From Bradymonadia bacterium (lineage in GTDB: Bacteria > Myxococcota_A > Bradymonadia > UBA7976 > UBA1532), in the NCBI GenBank assembly GCA_046290225.1, contig JBKAGE010000054.1, positions 1-64,000 of the forward strand: DNA of 64,000 nt, given 5' to 3'. The notes under the pieces are model-generated. The model saw only the letters and a program-made list of their open reading frames with translations. It was not told the origin of the DNA and ran no database searches. Made by a program: the position numbers and the translations under genes. Position 1 is the stretch's first letter, and each line of letters opens with the position of its first letter. Below, one piece after another: positions 36,801 to 46,040 of the stretch.

Positions 36801-37835
36801 GCGTCGGGCACCCTCGGCGCCCTCGGCGTCGCCGACAACCAGGGTTGTGATCCCGGTGATCAAGAGGTGTGTGACGGCGTGGACAACGACTGCGATGGCA
36901 ACAGTGACGAGGGCTTCGATGTCGGTGCTGAGTGCTTTGCGGGTGAAGGGGCGTGTCGAGCGTCAGGGCGCATGACATGTCACCCCGATGGTACGGCCGT
37001 CTGCACCGCAACCCCCGGCGTGCCCTCCAATGAGACGTGCAACGGGGAGGACGACGACTGCGACGGCAGTATCGACGAAGGCCAGGTGTGCGGTGCTTAT
37101 ATGTCGCAGCACTGCCGCTTCTGGCTCGCTCAGGTGAACAACACTTACCAGGGGACCATCGAGCAGCTGGAGCAAAACAACTGGGACAACTGCTTCGCCG
37201 CTGGCGCCGACGCCGAAGGGATGACGCGCTGTGCCTCCACTCGGGGAGACGGCCTCTTCAGAGAGATGACCGTCTCCGGCACCCTGAGCGAGGGAGACCA
37301 CCTGGGCGTGGCGTTTACCTGCGCCGACGATGCTCAGCCTGAGCTCGCCGCATGGTTCCAATCGCGTTGCAAAGTCTACGTGGGCCACGCCACGGACGAT
37401 CAAGGCCTTAACGACTCCACCTTCTGGGGCACATGCCCCGGCACCGACGTGGATGTCACTGGAGACGCTCGGTGTGTCTCCTCCGGCGGGGACGGACGCT
37501 TCCACGCCTTCCCGCTGGCGGGGGCCGCCAATGCAGACGTCGACAACGATGACGATCTGGGCATTGCCTTTATCTGTGAAGACGACGAAGCGCCCCAACG
37601 CGCCCGCTCCGCGAACGAGTCCGTCGAGCTGTATCTGGGCTGGAGCAGAGAGGACAGCTTCTCAGATGGTGACGCCACCATGGGCGACTGCCCTGGCAGC
37701 GATCTCGACAATGACAGCTACACCCGCTGTGCCAGTACACGAGGCGCCACCGGGCGCTTCTACAAAATTGATGTCAGACACGACTTCGAAGAAGGCAGCC
37801 ACCGCTTTGGCATCGGGCTGAAGGCCTTCCAGTGA
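33840..37835 (+). CDS. Giant Cys/Asp-rich lipoprotein A: two Ig-like (Big_5) domains, MopE-like CxGxDDDCDG repeats, two copies of an unrecognised Cys domain
   Basis: Lipobox LVGC; VQFNRPV..LRFTPNAPLSPTTRYTV; repeated ExCNGxDDDCDGxxDE. Confidence 0.85.
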   Translation: MYRLTAKQMLCATALLVGCEATDLGSREVGPTDPVEDVGISEVGLGDEGTVQRADLDGGVGIEIDAGPPPPWVLTGHLDDAAPGTELVAFSADQLPFRAPFDAEGLVAIEVPGGHAYSFYVFNGDAFVSALMFSVSVDTAAIGPVLVLPLDARAGLGSSSRDPAAPRAGLGSSSKHHEGLATSVDALSGVQLDFGGFTLEGALAQVEHNPNAQIDSDLDGVINIDDSDADNNGVDDVLEMGGDPLRPGMDLPFFTYCVRPMPLADGVYRHETPDLWMTQRISPASLLDGHIFLAHPDGRQVGADALLLDDGHRIRLLPRAPLDFDGQYVLVVDERLEDADGRAIGRRLEVPFQVEPEVPVGEAGATAVRVRRAHPRHDEIGVSVHSEVQVQFNRPVSAPSLQDRFELLDPEGVAVEGQVSMHRAGFELRFTPNAPLSPTTRYTVELASGITSIGGLVLDTPVQLAFTTGTGEAPERLELPVDADGDGEPDAPPCEPVAEVCDGLDDDCDGRIDEGFDVGSACEVGRGECIAYGARICTPEGDAACSVQPLPTSEEVCNGLDDDCDGNVDETLSEEGQPCASDAAGACNPGLWVCEGAQGLLCAPIITPGTQAESCDDSDEDCDGAVDEDFDVGGDCSAGEGACRAEGRITCHPEGHAVCTAIPGQPVVETCNGIDDDCDGTIDETLTRTCGSDTGPCEQGVQTCDAGEWGACVGEVAPAVETCDSIDNDCDGLVDEGSACSEYMASKCRVWMGHSANSNDVGNAVPDMGDCQGADFDASGNTRCTSTRGDRLFRTMSLTGPLGGGSRGDSVSVAWTCEDAELPETAAWLQDHCAVYLGHADLWLGHWNEGLGDWETCFDQPTDNSGSIRCTSSGFDGQFRPFSLPGAVDDNDRFGIAFRCVDGDDPERAAAATSAVKVFLAFDHEGHANLNDGQNSWGDCPAVDVDEEGTTVCASSGADGLFHSFPTVQRDIDAHDEFGIALLPFDAASGTLGALGVADNQGCDPGDQEVCDGVDNDCDGNSDEGFDVGAECFAGEGACRASGRMTCHPDGTAVCTATPGVPSNETCNGEDDDCDGSIDEGQVCGAYMSQHCRFWLAQVNNTYQGTIEQLEQNNWDNCFAAGADAEGMTRCASTRGDGLFREMTVSGTLSEGDHLGVAFTCADDAQPELAAWFQSRCKVYVGHATDDQGLNDSTFWGTCPGTDVDVTGDARCVSSGGDGRFHAFPLAGAANADVDNDDDLGIAFICEDDEAPQRARSANESVELYLGWSREDSFSDGDATMGDCPGSDLDNDSYTRCASTRGATGRFYKIDVRHDFEEGSHRFGIGLKAFQ

Positions 37836-37922
37836 TTTGACCCACCCTCCAACCCACCCTTTTCAGGGCATTGGTGGCCTGCCCGCTTTCTGTGCCGACC
37901 TCTCGATTTGGGGCTTTGGCAC

Positions 37923-40900
37923 ATGCGCTCATCTACATTCATCTGGAGCACCCTGCTCGCTGTCGTCCTGTTCGCCTGTGAGGCAACAGATCAGGGCAGG
38001 CAAGAAGCAGGCATACGGCATGAAGCAGGCATGTCGGACACAGGCCTCTTCGACGAGGGTGTGCCTCAGAGGGCCGACCTCGATGGTGGGGTCAACATCG
38101 ATCTCGATGCAGGACCGCCACCTCCGTGGGTGATCCGGGCGCAGCTTCCGGAGGGCTCCCCCAGCATGGAGCTGGTGGCTTTCTGCGCCGACTTCGAGCC
38201 ACTCACTGCACCTTTCGACGCCGAAGGGCAGGTGGCGCTGGAACTCCCCGGTGGGCACAGCTACAGCCTGTACCTCTTCAATGAAGACAGCTTTGTCTCG
38301 GCCTTGATGTTCCCCATTTCTGTCGAGACCACCGCTCTTTCTCCGCGATTGGTGCTCCCCCTCGACGCTCGGGCTGGCCTTGGTTCTTCGTCGCGAGATC
38401 CTGCAGCACCACGCTCTGGCTTGGGCTCTTCGAGCAGAGTCTTCGGCATGCAGATCGACGCTCTCGATGGTGACGGTGTGCCCCTCGAACTCGGTGGCTT
38501 GACCCCCAACGGCGCCATCTGCAACACCGAGAACAACCCCAACGAGATGATCGACTCGGACCTCGACGGGATCCCCAACAGTGAAGACGCCGATGCAGAT
38601 GGTGATGGCATAGACGACAGCCTCGAGGTTGAAGAGCAGACGCTTCCACCGGACAGTGACGCGCTGCCTTTCTTCCCACACCAGATTTGCCCACTGCCCA
38701 TGCAGATGGGGGTGACCCAATCGATCACACCCGAGGTCGAGTTCACCCACCCCCTCTCGAAGGAGAGCATCCTCAGGGGAGACATCCAGCTGTTCGATCT
38801 CGAGCGCCAAGTGCAGATCCCGACCAGGATTCAGCTGCTCGACGATGGTCGGCACGCACGCCTCTGGCCTCAGACGAGCCTGCGCCACGAAGGGCGCTAC
38901 GCGTTGCTGCTCGACGAAGCCCTGGAGGACACTCGGGGCCGCCCTCTCGGCCGCACTCTGCTCTCGACGTTCCAGATCGAAGGCGAGTTCCCTGTGGCAG
39001 AGGCGGATGCCGAGTCTCTCAGGCCCGTGAGCATTTCTCCCCAACACGAGCAGACAGGCGTCGCCCTCGATGTGGTCATCACCATTCGGTTCAACCAGCC
39101 TGTGCCCGACGAGGGCGTCGAAGATCACCTGCAGCTGCTCGATCCAGACGGAGAGCCTGTCCCAGGGCGCGCCGAGTTTGCCCATGAAGGGCTCGAGCTC
39201 AGGTGGACCCCCACTGAGCGCCTGGCGCCAGCCACTCAGTACTCTTTTGCTCTGAGGCCCCCCCTCCAATCCCTCGGTGGTCTCGAGCTCGAAGACATCG
39301 TCCTCTTCCGTTTCACCACTGAAGAGGGCGCCCCCACCGAGGTCATCGACCAGCCAGTGGACAGTGATGGCGATGGTGAGCCGGATACACCCCTGTGCAC
39401 CCCGACACCTGAGCGATGCGACAACGTGGACAATGACTGTGATGCCCGCGTGGACGAGGGCTTTGGGCTGGGTGCAGCGTGTGAAGCGGGGCAGGGTGAG
39501 TGCCTGTCCTTTGGGGTCGTGGCCTGTACGCCAGAGGGCGAATCAGCCTGTGACGCCACGCCGGGGGTACCTTCTGAAGAGGTGTGCAACGGCCTCGACG
39601 ACGACTGCAATGGCCTCACTGATGATGAGCTGCCGGGGCTCGATGAAGAGTGTGTCGCGGATGCTGCTGGCGTTTGCGCCCAGGGTCGAACCCGCTGTGA
39701 AGGCGCTCAGGGCATGGTGTGCGTGCCTCAATTGAGCCCCGGAGAACTCGAAGAGACGTGCAACGGTGAGGACGATGACTGCGACAGCTTCACCGACGAG
39801 CGATTGGTGCAGACATGCTACGGCGGCCCGGAAGGCACAGCGGGCGTAGGCAGATGCCTCGCAGGTGTGAGCACCTGTGCTTCGGGCGAGTGGGGCGGCT
39901 GCGAGGGTGAGGTCAAGCCAGGGCCCGAAGCCTGCAACGCCATAGATGACGACTGTGACGGCCACACCGACGAGGACTTCCCTCAGCTGGGCGAAAGCTG
40001 CGCAGTGGGTGTAGGCGGCTGCCTCAACCCTGACGGTATCTTCATCTGCAACCCCGACGGTGGGGCTCAATGTGAAGGTGCCCCTGGAGATCCTTCAGAA
40101 GAGCAGTGCAACAACATCGATGACGACTGTGATGGCAACACCGACGAAGGCCTGAGCCGCACCTGTGGCGCTGACACTGGCCTGTGTCAGACGGGGCTCG
40201 AGACGTGTAACGCCGGCGACTGGGGTGAATGTGAAGGTGCAGTGACGCCATCACCTGAGTTGTGTGACGGCGTAGACAATGACTGTGACGGTCATACCGA
40301 CGAGGAGTTCCTCGAACTCGGCCAGCACTGCTCCGTAGGTACAGGGGCCTGCACCACCGAGAGTGTGTGGACCTGTGACGACACGGGCACTGGGCTGACC
40401 TGTGATGTTGCCCCTGCTCAAGCCACCGAAGAAGTCTGCGACGACATCGACAACGACTGTGACGGCAACACCGATGAGACCCTCACTCGCCCCTGTGGCT
40501 CCACCGTCGGCGCGTGCACCGAGGGCACCGAAACCTGTGATGCCGGTGAATGGGGTCTCTGCCAGGGTGCAACCGACCCCACCGAAGAGGCCTGCGATGG
40601 GGTCGACAATGACTGTGACGGCGAAATCGACGAGGGCGCAGTCTGTGGCACATATGCCGCCACCCACTGTCGTGTCTGGATGGGCCATGCCGACGAGCGC
40701 CCCGATCTCAACGACCAGGTCCTCCCGGACTTCGGCGATTGCATGGGCGCCGAGCAAGATGTCGAGGGCCATGTGCGCTGCACCAGCACCCGAAACGACT
40801 CGCTCTTCCGCACCCTCAACCTCGAGTCCGGCCTTGGCGCCAGCGACAACTTCACCGTCGCCTTCACCTGCGCCGACGACGAGACCCCCGAGGTCGCCGC

Positions 40901-43841
40901 CTGGATGCAGAGCCACTGTGCCCTCTACCTCGGTCACGCCGACAACAACATCGGCGCCCCCCTCGACGGCGCAGATGCCTGGGGCCCCTGCCCTGAAAGC
41001 CTCTCTGGTGATGCTGATGGCCTGCGGTGCACCTCCTCGGGCTTCGATGGCCAGTTCCGCCCCATCCGCCTGTCTGGCTATGTCGACGAGCAGGATGACT
41101 TCGCCGTGGCCTTCATCTGTCGTGACGATGACACCCCCAGCCGCGCCCGCAACACCGCGAGTGCCGTGGAGATCATTCTGGGGTGGGAGACAGAGGGTGA
41201 TGATGTGGTGCACGACGGCCTCGCGGTCTGGGGTGACTGCCCTGCCTCACCCCAGGACAACGACGGCCTCACGCGCTGTGTCTCCACTGCAGGTGACCAA
41301 CGCTTTCACACCCTCCGCGTCGAATCGGGCTCTGAAGACCGCAACGAGATGGGCATCGCCCTGCGGCCCCTGGGCGCCCCCATCGTCGGCCCTGTAGTGC
41401 CTGGCCCTGGCGCATGTGATCCCGGCGGGGTGGAGGCGTGCAACGGCGAGGACGATGACTGTGACGGGATCGTCGACGAGGGCTACCCACAGCTCGGTGA
41501 TGCCTGCTCTGCAGGCGTCGGCACGTGCGCCGCGGAAGGCACCCTGGTGTGCAACCCCACTGGCGATGGCATCCTGTGCGATGTCACCCCGGGCGAGCCG
41601 GGCGAGGAGGTGTGCAATGGCCTCGACGACGACTGCGACGGCGGCACCGACGAAAGCCTCTCCAGATCGTGCTTCAGCGGCCCTGAGGGCAGCGACGGCC
41701 AGGGCCCGTGTGTCGCCGGCCTCGAGGTATGCAGCGATGGTGCATGGGGCGCTTGTGAAGGTGAGGTGCTCCCTCAAAACGAGCGCTGCGACTTCACGGA
41801 CAACGACTGTGATGGCTTTGTGGACGAAGACTACCCGCAACTCGGCCAGCAATGCTCTGAGGGCGTGGGCGCCTGTGTCTCAGTGGGTGACTGGTCCTGT
41901 CATGTCGATGGCGATCTCTACTGCGATGCCCCGCTCATCGCCCCCGGCGAAGAGGTATGCAACGCCATCGACGATGACTGTGATGGTCAGGTCGACGAGG
42001 GCGCCACGTGTGGCGACTACATCGCCGAGCACTGCCGGGTCTGGCTTGGACAGGCAGAGCAGCTGGCTCTGGGCAACAATCCCCGTGACAGCTTCGGTGA
42101 TTGTATGGCTGAGCCATTCGACACCACGGGCAACGACCGGTGTACTTCGACCCGTGGCGACAGCCTGTTCCGCACCATGGGCATCACTGGCGGTTTGGGC
42201 TTCATGGCAGAGATGGGCGTGGCCTTCACCTGTGAAGATCCCACCAACCCACCCCTCGCGGCCTACTTCCAGGCTCGATGTGCCGTGTTCCTCGGCCACG
42301 GCGACAACAACCTCGCCGATGGGAAGGATGGCGATCCGGATTGGGGCCCCTGCCCCGAAAGCCTCTCTGGTGAGGCAGAGGACCTGCGGTGTACCTCCTC
42401 GGGCTTCGACGGTCGCTTCCGGCCCATGTCGCTCGTGGGTGGCGTCGACGAGAACGACGACTTTGGTGTGGCCTTCGTCTGCGCAGACTTCATTCAGCCC
42501 GAGCGCGCAGCGGGTGCCGCCGGTGCGGTGGAGGTCATTCTCGGCTGGGAAGAGAACGGACCAGGCACCCTCCGGGATGGCCAGCCGACATGGGGCAATT
42601 GCCCAGAGAATTTCTTTGGTGACGTGAGTGAAGGCACCCAGTGTGTCTCCACTGCCGGCGATCAGCACTTCCATCTCTTGAGCCTCACCGCCGTCGCCAA
42701 CGACACACGTGAGTTCGGCATCGCCCTGCGGGCCATCGGCGCCCCTCTGGCAGGATCCGACAACCCCGGGTGTGATCCCAACGATCCCGATCTGTGCAAC
42801 GGTCTCGACGATGACTGTGACGGCAACACCGACGAAGACTTCGCCGCTCAGCTCGGTGATCCATGTGATGCCGGGGTCGGCGCCTGCAGAGTGGAGGGCG
42901 CCTACATATGTGATCCCGAAGACGCCACCCAGGTCATCTGTAATGTGAGCCCAGAAGGGGCCACCGAAGAAGTCTGTGATCTCGAAGACAACGACTGTGA
43001 CGGCAATGTCGACGAGCACTTGGACCAAACATGCGGCAGCGACGTGGGCGCCTGTGTTTCGGGGGTCAGCTCATGTGTGAACGGGGCCCGCACCGCGTGC
43101 ATCGGCGAGGTGGTCCCGCGGCCCGAAGCCTGCGACAACATCGACACCGACTGTGACGGCAATGTCGACGAAGATGTGCCGACACAGCAGTGCGACAACT
43201 CCGTGGGTGCCTGTGAAAGCATTGGCACGGTCCACTGTGTCGCCGGGGTGCTGGAGTGCGACGCCCCGGTCGTCGAACCCCAAAACGAGAGCTGTAATGG
43301 TCAGGACGATGACTGCGACGGCAACACCGATGAGGGTTTCACGGACTGGCTGGGTCTCCCCTGTACTCAGGGCATCGGCGCATGCATGCGCGAGGGCACA
43401 TATGTCTGCTCACCCGACGGCAACGATGTCCTGTGCGGCGCAGTGCCCGGTGACCCCTCAGAAGAGGTGTGCAACGAGCTCGACGATGACTGTGACGGAC
43501 CTGTCGACGAAGACATCGAGTCTCAGCCTTGCACAAACGGTGATCCGCACTGCCCCACTCAAGGGATGACGTACTGTGAGCTGGGCAACACACTCTGTGA
43601 TGCGCCACCGCCCGAGATAAATGAAGAGATGTGCAATGGTGCCGACGACGACTGTGATGGTGTCGTGGACGAGGGCTCCACATGTTGTTCACCGACCTGG
43701 GGCAACTGTGATGGCCGACTGGACACAGGCCTCAACGGCTGTGAGACGAGCTACCTCAATGACGCCAATCACTGTGGCGGCTGTGACATCAAGTGTGGAG
43801 CGCTCCAACAATGCTCTCTCGGGGAATGTGTAGCTGAGTAA
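37923..43841 (+). CDS. Giant Cys/Asp-rich lipoprotein B, tandem paralog of A with more MopE-like repeats
   Basis: Lipobox LFAC; same N-terminal architecture as A; about 20 CxxxDxDCxG repeats; C-terminal DANHCGGCDIKC..CSLGEC motif. Confidence 0.85.
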   Translation: MRSSTFIWSTLLAVVLFACEATDQGRQEAGIRHEAGMSDTGLFDEGVPQRADLDGGVNIDLDAGPPPPWVIRAQLPEGSPSMELVAFCADFEPLTAPFDAEGQVALELPGGHSYSLYLFNEDSFVSALMFPISVETTALSPRLVLPLDARAGLGSSSRDPAAPRSGLGSSSRVFGMQIDALDGDGVPLELGGLTPNGAICNTENNPNEMIDSDLDGIPNSEDADADGDGIDDSLEVEEQTLPPDSDALPFFPHQICPLPMQMGVTQSITPEVEFTHPLSKESILRGDIQLFDLERQVQIPTRIQLLDDGRHARLWPQTSLRHEGRYALLLDEALEDTRGRPLGRTLLSTFQIEGEFPVAEADAESLRPVSISPQHEQTGVALDVVITIRFNQPVPDEGVEDHLQLLDPDGEPVPGRAEFAHEGLELRWTPTERLAPATQYSFALRPPLQSLGGLELEDIVLFRFTTEEGAPTEVIDQPVDSDGDGEPDTPLCTPTPERCDNVDNDCDARVDEGFGLGAACEAGQGECLSFGVVACTPEGESACDATPGVPSEEVCNGLDDDCNGLTDDELPGLDEECVADAAGVCAQGRTRCEGAQGMVCVPQLSPGELEETCNGEDDDCDSFTDERLVQTCYGGPEGTAGVGRCLAGVSTCASGEWGGCEGEVKPGPEACNAIDDDCDGHTDEDFPQLGESCAVGVGGCLNPDGIFICNPDGGAQCEGAPGDPSEEQCNNIDDDCDGNTDEGLSRTCGADTGLCQTGLETCNAGDWGECEGAVTPSPELCDGVDNDCDGHTDEEFLELGQHCSVGTGACTTESVWTCDDTGTGLTCDVAPAQATEEVCDDIDNDCDGNTDETLTRPCGSTVGACTEGTETCDAGEWGLCQGATDPTEEACDGVDNDCDGEIDEGAVCGTYAATHCRVWMGHADERPDLNDQVLPDFGDCMGAEQDVEGHVRCTSTRNDSLFRTLNLESGLGASDNFTVAFTCADDETPEVAAWMQSHCALYLGHADNNIGAPLDGADAWGPCPESLSGDADGLRCTSSGFDGQFRPIRLSGYVDEQDDFAVAFICRDDDTPSRARNTASAVEIILGWETEGDDVVHDGLAVWGDCPASPQDNDGLTRCVSTAGDQRFHTLRVESGSEDRNEMGIALRPLGAPIVGPVVPGPGACDPGGVEACNGEDDDCDGIVDEGYPQLGDACSAGVGTCAAEGTLVCNPTGDGILCDVTPGEPGEEVCNGLDDDCDGGTDESLSRSCFSGPEGSDGQGPCVAGLEVCSDGAWGACEGEVLPQNERCDFTDNDCDGFVDEDYPQLGQQCSEGVGACVSVGDWSCHVDGDLYCDAPLIAPGEEVCNAIDDDCDGQVDEGATCGDYIAEHCRVWLGQAEQLALGNNPRDSFGDCMAEPFDTTGNDRCTSTRGDSLFRTMGITGGLGFMAEMGVAFTCEDPTNPPLAAYFQARCAVFLGHGDNNLADGKDGDPDWGPCPESLSGEAEDLRCTSSGFDGRFRPMSLVGGVDENDDFGVAFVCADFIQPERAAGAAGAVEVILGWEENGPGTLRDGQPTWGNCPENFFGDVSEGTQCVSTAGDQHFHLLSLTAVANDTREFGIALRAIGAPLAGSDNPGCDPNDPDLCNGLDDDCDGNTDEDFAAQLGDPCDAGVGACRVEGAYICDPEDATQVICNVSPEGATEEVCDLEDNDCDGNVDEHLDQTCGSDVGACVSGVSSCVNGARTACIGEVVPRPEACDNIDTDCDGNVDEDVPTQQCDNSVGACESIGTVHCVAGVLECDAPVVEPQNESCNGQDDDCDGNTDEGFTDWLGLPCTQGIGACMREGTYVCSPDGNDVLCGAVPGDPSEEVCNELDDDCDGPVDEDIESQPCTNGDPHCPTQGMTYCELGNTLCDAPPPEINEEMCNGADDDCDGVVDEGSTCCSPTWGNCDGRLDTGLNGCETSYLNDANHCGGCDIKCGALQQCSLGECVAE

Positions 43842-43994
43842 GGGGGAGAGGTAACGCCCCTCTGATCGAGATGAACACATGAGGGCGCGCACCTATCCCC
43901 TTGTGCGTGCGCTCAATTCACAACCTCTCCTCTGCAGGGCATACTGCACACACCTCACTTGCCTGATGAGACCCCCCTGTGGTCCGCTCCCCCA

Positions 43995-45884
43995 ATGTCG
44001 AACGCACCCCACCAACTCGGCCCGTACGAGATCCTCGACACCATCGCCCTGGGTGGCATGGGCGAGGTGTTCCTCGCCCGACTGCAACGGGCGGCGGGGT
44101 TCGAGAAACGGGTGGCGGTCAAACGCACTCGGCCCGAGCTCGCTGGTGATCCGGCCTTCGTGGCGCAGTTCGAGCGCGAGGCCCGCATCGCTGCGGCGCT
44201 CAACCATCGCCACATCGTGCAAATCTTCGACTTCGGTCGCGCCCCCGAGGGGGCCTGGATCGCCATGGAGTTCGTGCATGGCCTCGACCTCAAGGCGGTT
44301 CTCGACGCCGAGAGCACCCTGCCTCCAGGGCTCGTGGTCGAGATCGGCCTCGCCTGTGCCCGAGGTCTGGACTATGCCCACCGCGCCCTGGGGCCAGACG
44401 GGCAACCGCTGCGGCTGATCCACCGCGACATCTCACCCCACAACGTGCTGTTGTCGTACGAGGGTGACATCAAACTCGCAGACTTTGGCCTGGCTCAGCC
44501 CACCACGATGTCGATCGACGACGGTCGCCTCGAAGGGAAGCTGGGGTACATGAGCCCCGAGCAGGCCCACGGTCAGTCTCTTGATCCACGCAGCGATCTG
44601 TTCTCGCTGGGCGTGGTGCTCTACGAGGCGCTCACGGGCCTGCGCGCCTTTCACGGCCCCGATGGCCCGGAAGCGATCCTCGAGCGCGCCCGCTCGGGAC
44701 GCCCCCAAGCCCCGCTGGATCCTGACGAGACTCGGCGGCCAGCACCACTCTGCAGGGTGATCGACACCCTCATGGCCCCAGTGCCCGCTGATCGCTATCC
44801 CACACCCGAGGCGGCCATCGCAGCCTTCAACGCTGCGGCTGCAGAGAGCGGCCTCGTCGTGGGAGATCCGCCCTTGGGCGCGTGGCTGAGATCGCGGTTC
44901 CCCGATCGGCGCTCGCCCACCACCGGCGCCCCTCTCGAGCCCACCGCCACTGTTGGCCCGGCGACACCCACAGAGCGCACTGTCACTGCCGGGGCCCCAT
45001 TGGAGCGCACAGCCACAGCAGCGACCCCGCTGACCTCTTCGCCTTCTCTCAGCCTGGACCTGTCAGCCGCCGAGCCTGAGGTGCCGGTCGAGGATCCCCT
45101 GGCCCCTACCCGTCGTCGGGCGTGGCCAGCCCTGCTGGCGCTGGCGGCCCTCGGCGGTGGCGGGCTCTGGTGGCTCAACGCTACTGGGGCGCTTCAGAAC
45201 GAGACCTCACCTGATGCCGGCGCCGAGGCACGACAGCTCGACCCTGACGCCGCTCTCCCGGATGCTGCGCCCCCTGACGCTCAAGCGGTCGACGCGCGCC
45301 GCCCAGATACAGGGCCTCTCGATACAGGGCCCCTTGATGCTCGACCTGCCGATGCAGGGCTCCCCGATGCTGGGCCCCCCGACACAGGGCACCCAGACAC
45401 AGGCTTGCCCGACGCCGAGGCCAGGCCAAGCACACGCGACGCAGGCCGCCGGCGCTCCAGTCGAGGGCGCCGACGACAGCGTCGACGTGTCTCTACCCAA
45501 GTCGCCCCCACGCCCGTGGCCACTCAGGATCCCCCTGAGCAGCCCCCACCTCCTCCTCCAGAGCCGGTCAAGCCTGAGGGGCCCGCTGTGAGTCTGACCG
45601 GGCCTGGGCTGAAGATCGCCCGCACGCCATTGAGCAAAGGTGCTGTGAGCTTTGGCACCCGTGGTGGAGAAGGCCCACGGGTCAAGGGCCTCGTCACCCG
45701 GCGGGGAGAAGGTCGCATCTTGATGAATCTCACGGCCCAGCCACATGGCCTCATCACCCTCGATGGCGCCGAGCATGGCTGGACGCCTCGCGCACAGATG
45801 CCCATATTGCCCGGGCGACACACCCTGATCCTGACGGACAAAGAGGGCCGCACCACCCGCATCACCCTCCACATCACGCCGTGA
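43995..45884 (+). CDS. Transmembrane Ser/Thr protein kinase with D(A/T)GxP repeats and a PEGA-like tail
   Basis: GGMGEVF, VAVKR, HRDISPHN, DFG, GKLGYMSPE; TM WPALLALAALGGGGLWWL; C-terminal LDG..GWTP..PGRHTLIL; longer TTG start at 43959 possible. Confidence 0.9.
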   Translation: MSNAPHQLGPYEILDTIALGGMGEVFLARLQRAAGFEKRVAVKRTRPELAGDPAFVAQFEREARIAAALNHRHIVQIFDFGRAPEGAWIAMEFVHGLDLKAVLDAESTLPPGLVVEIGLACARGLDYAHRALGPDGQPLRLIHRDISPHNVLLSYEGDIKLADFGLAQPTTMSIDDGRLEGKLGYMSPEQAHGQSLDPRSDLFSLGVVLYEALTGLRAFHGPDGPEAILERARSGRPQAPLDPDETRRPAPLCRVIDTLMAPVPADRYPTPEAAIAAFNAAAAESGLVVGDPPLGAWLRSRFPDRRSPTTGAPLEPTATVGPATPTERTVTAGAPLERTATAATPLTSSPSLSLDLSAAEPEVPVEDPLAPTRRRAWPALLALAALGGGGLWWLNATGALQNETSPDAGAEARQLDPDAALPDAAPPDAQAVDARRPDTGPLDTGPLDARPADAGLPDAGPPDTGHPDTGLPDAEARPSTRDAGRRRSSRGRRRQRRRVSTQVAPTPVATQDPPEQPPPPPPEPVKPEGPAVSLTGPGLKIARTPLSKGAVSFGTRGGEGPRVKGLVTRRGEGRILMNLTAQPHGLITLDGAEHGWTPRAQMPILPGRHTLILTDKEGRTTRITLHITP

Positions 45885-45918
45885 AAAGACAGGCGGGCGC
45901 GACACACATGGCGTGGAG

Positions 45919-45982
45919 GTGTCACGTTGACTTGACACTTTCGGCCCGCTCAGCACGACCTGGCGCCGGCACAGCCTGTGCA
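45919..45982 (+). promoter_or_regulatory. GTGTCA-N8-TGACAC palindrome plus sigma-54 -24/-12 promoter
   Basis: Palindrome at 45919-45938; CCGGCACAGCCTGTGCA (45966-45982) with GG-N10-GC spacing. Confidence 0.55.
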
Positions 45983-46040
45983 CTGCAAGATGTCTGGCAA
46001 AACAGGTAGACTCATCACACCCGTCACGAGGATCGAGATC

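Noticed and set aside
35300..43700. Regularly recurring GACGACGACTGTGACGG motifs as a CRISPR array or DGR repeats
   Set aside because: In-frame coding repeats (DDDCDG) with synonymous variation; no cas or reverse transcriptase gene and no adenine-specific variation noted
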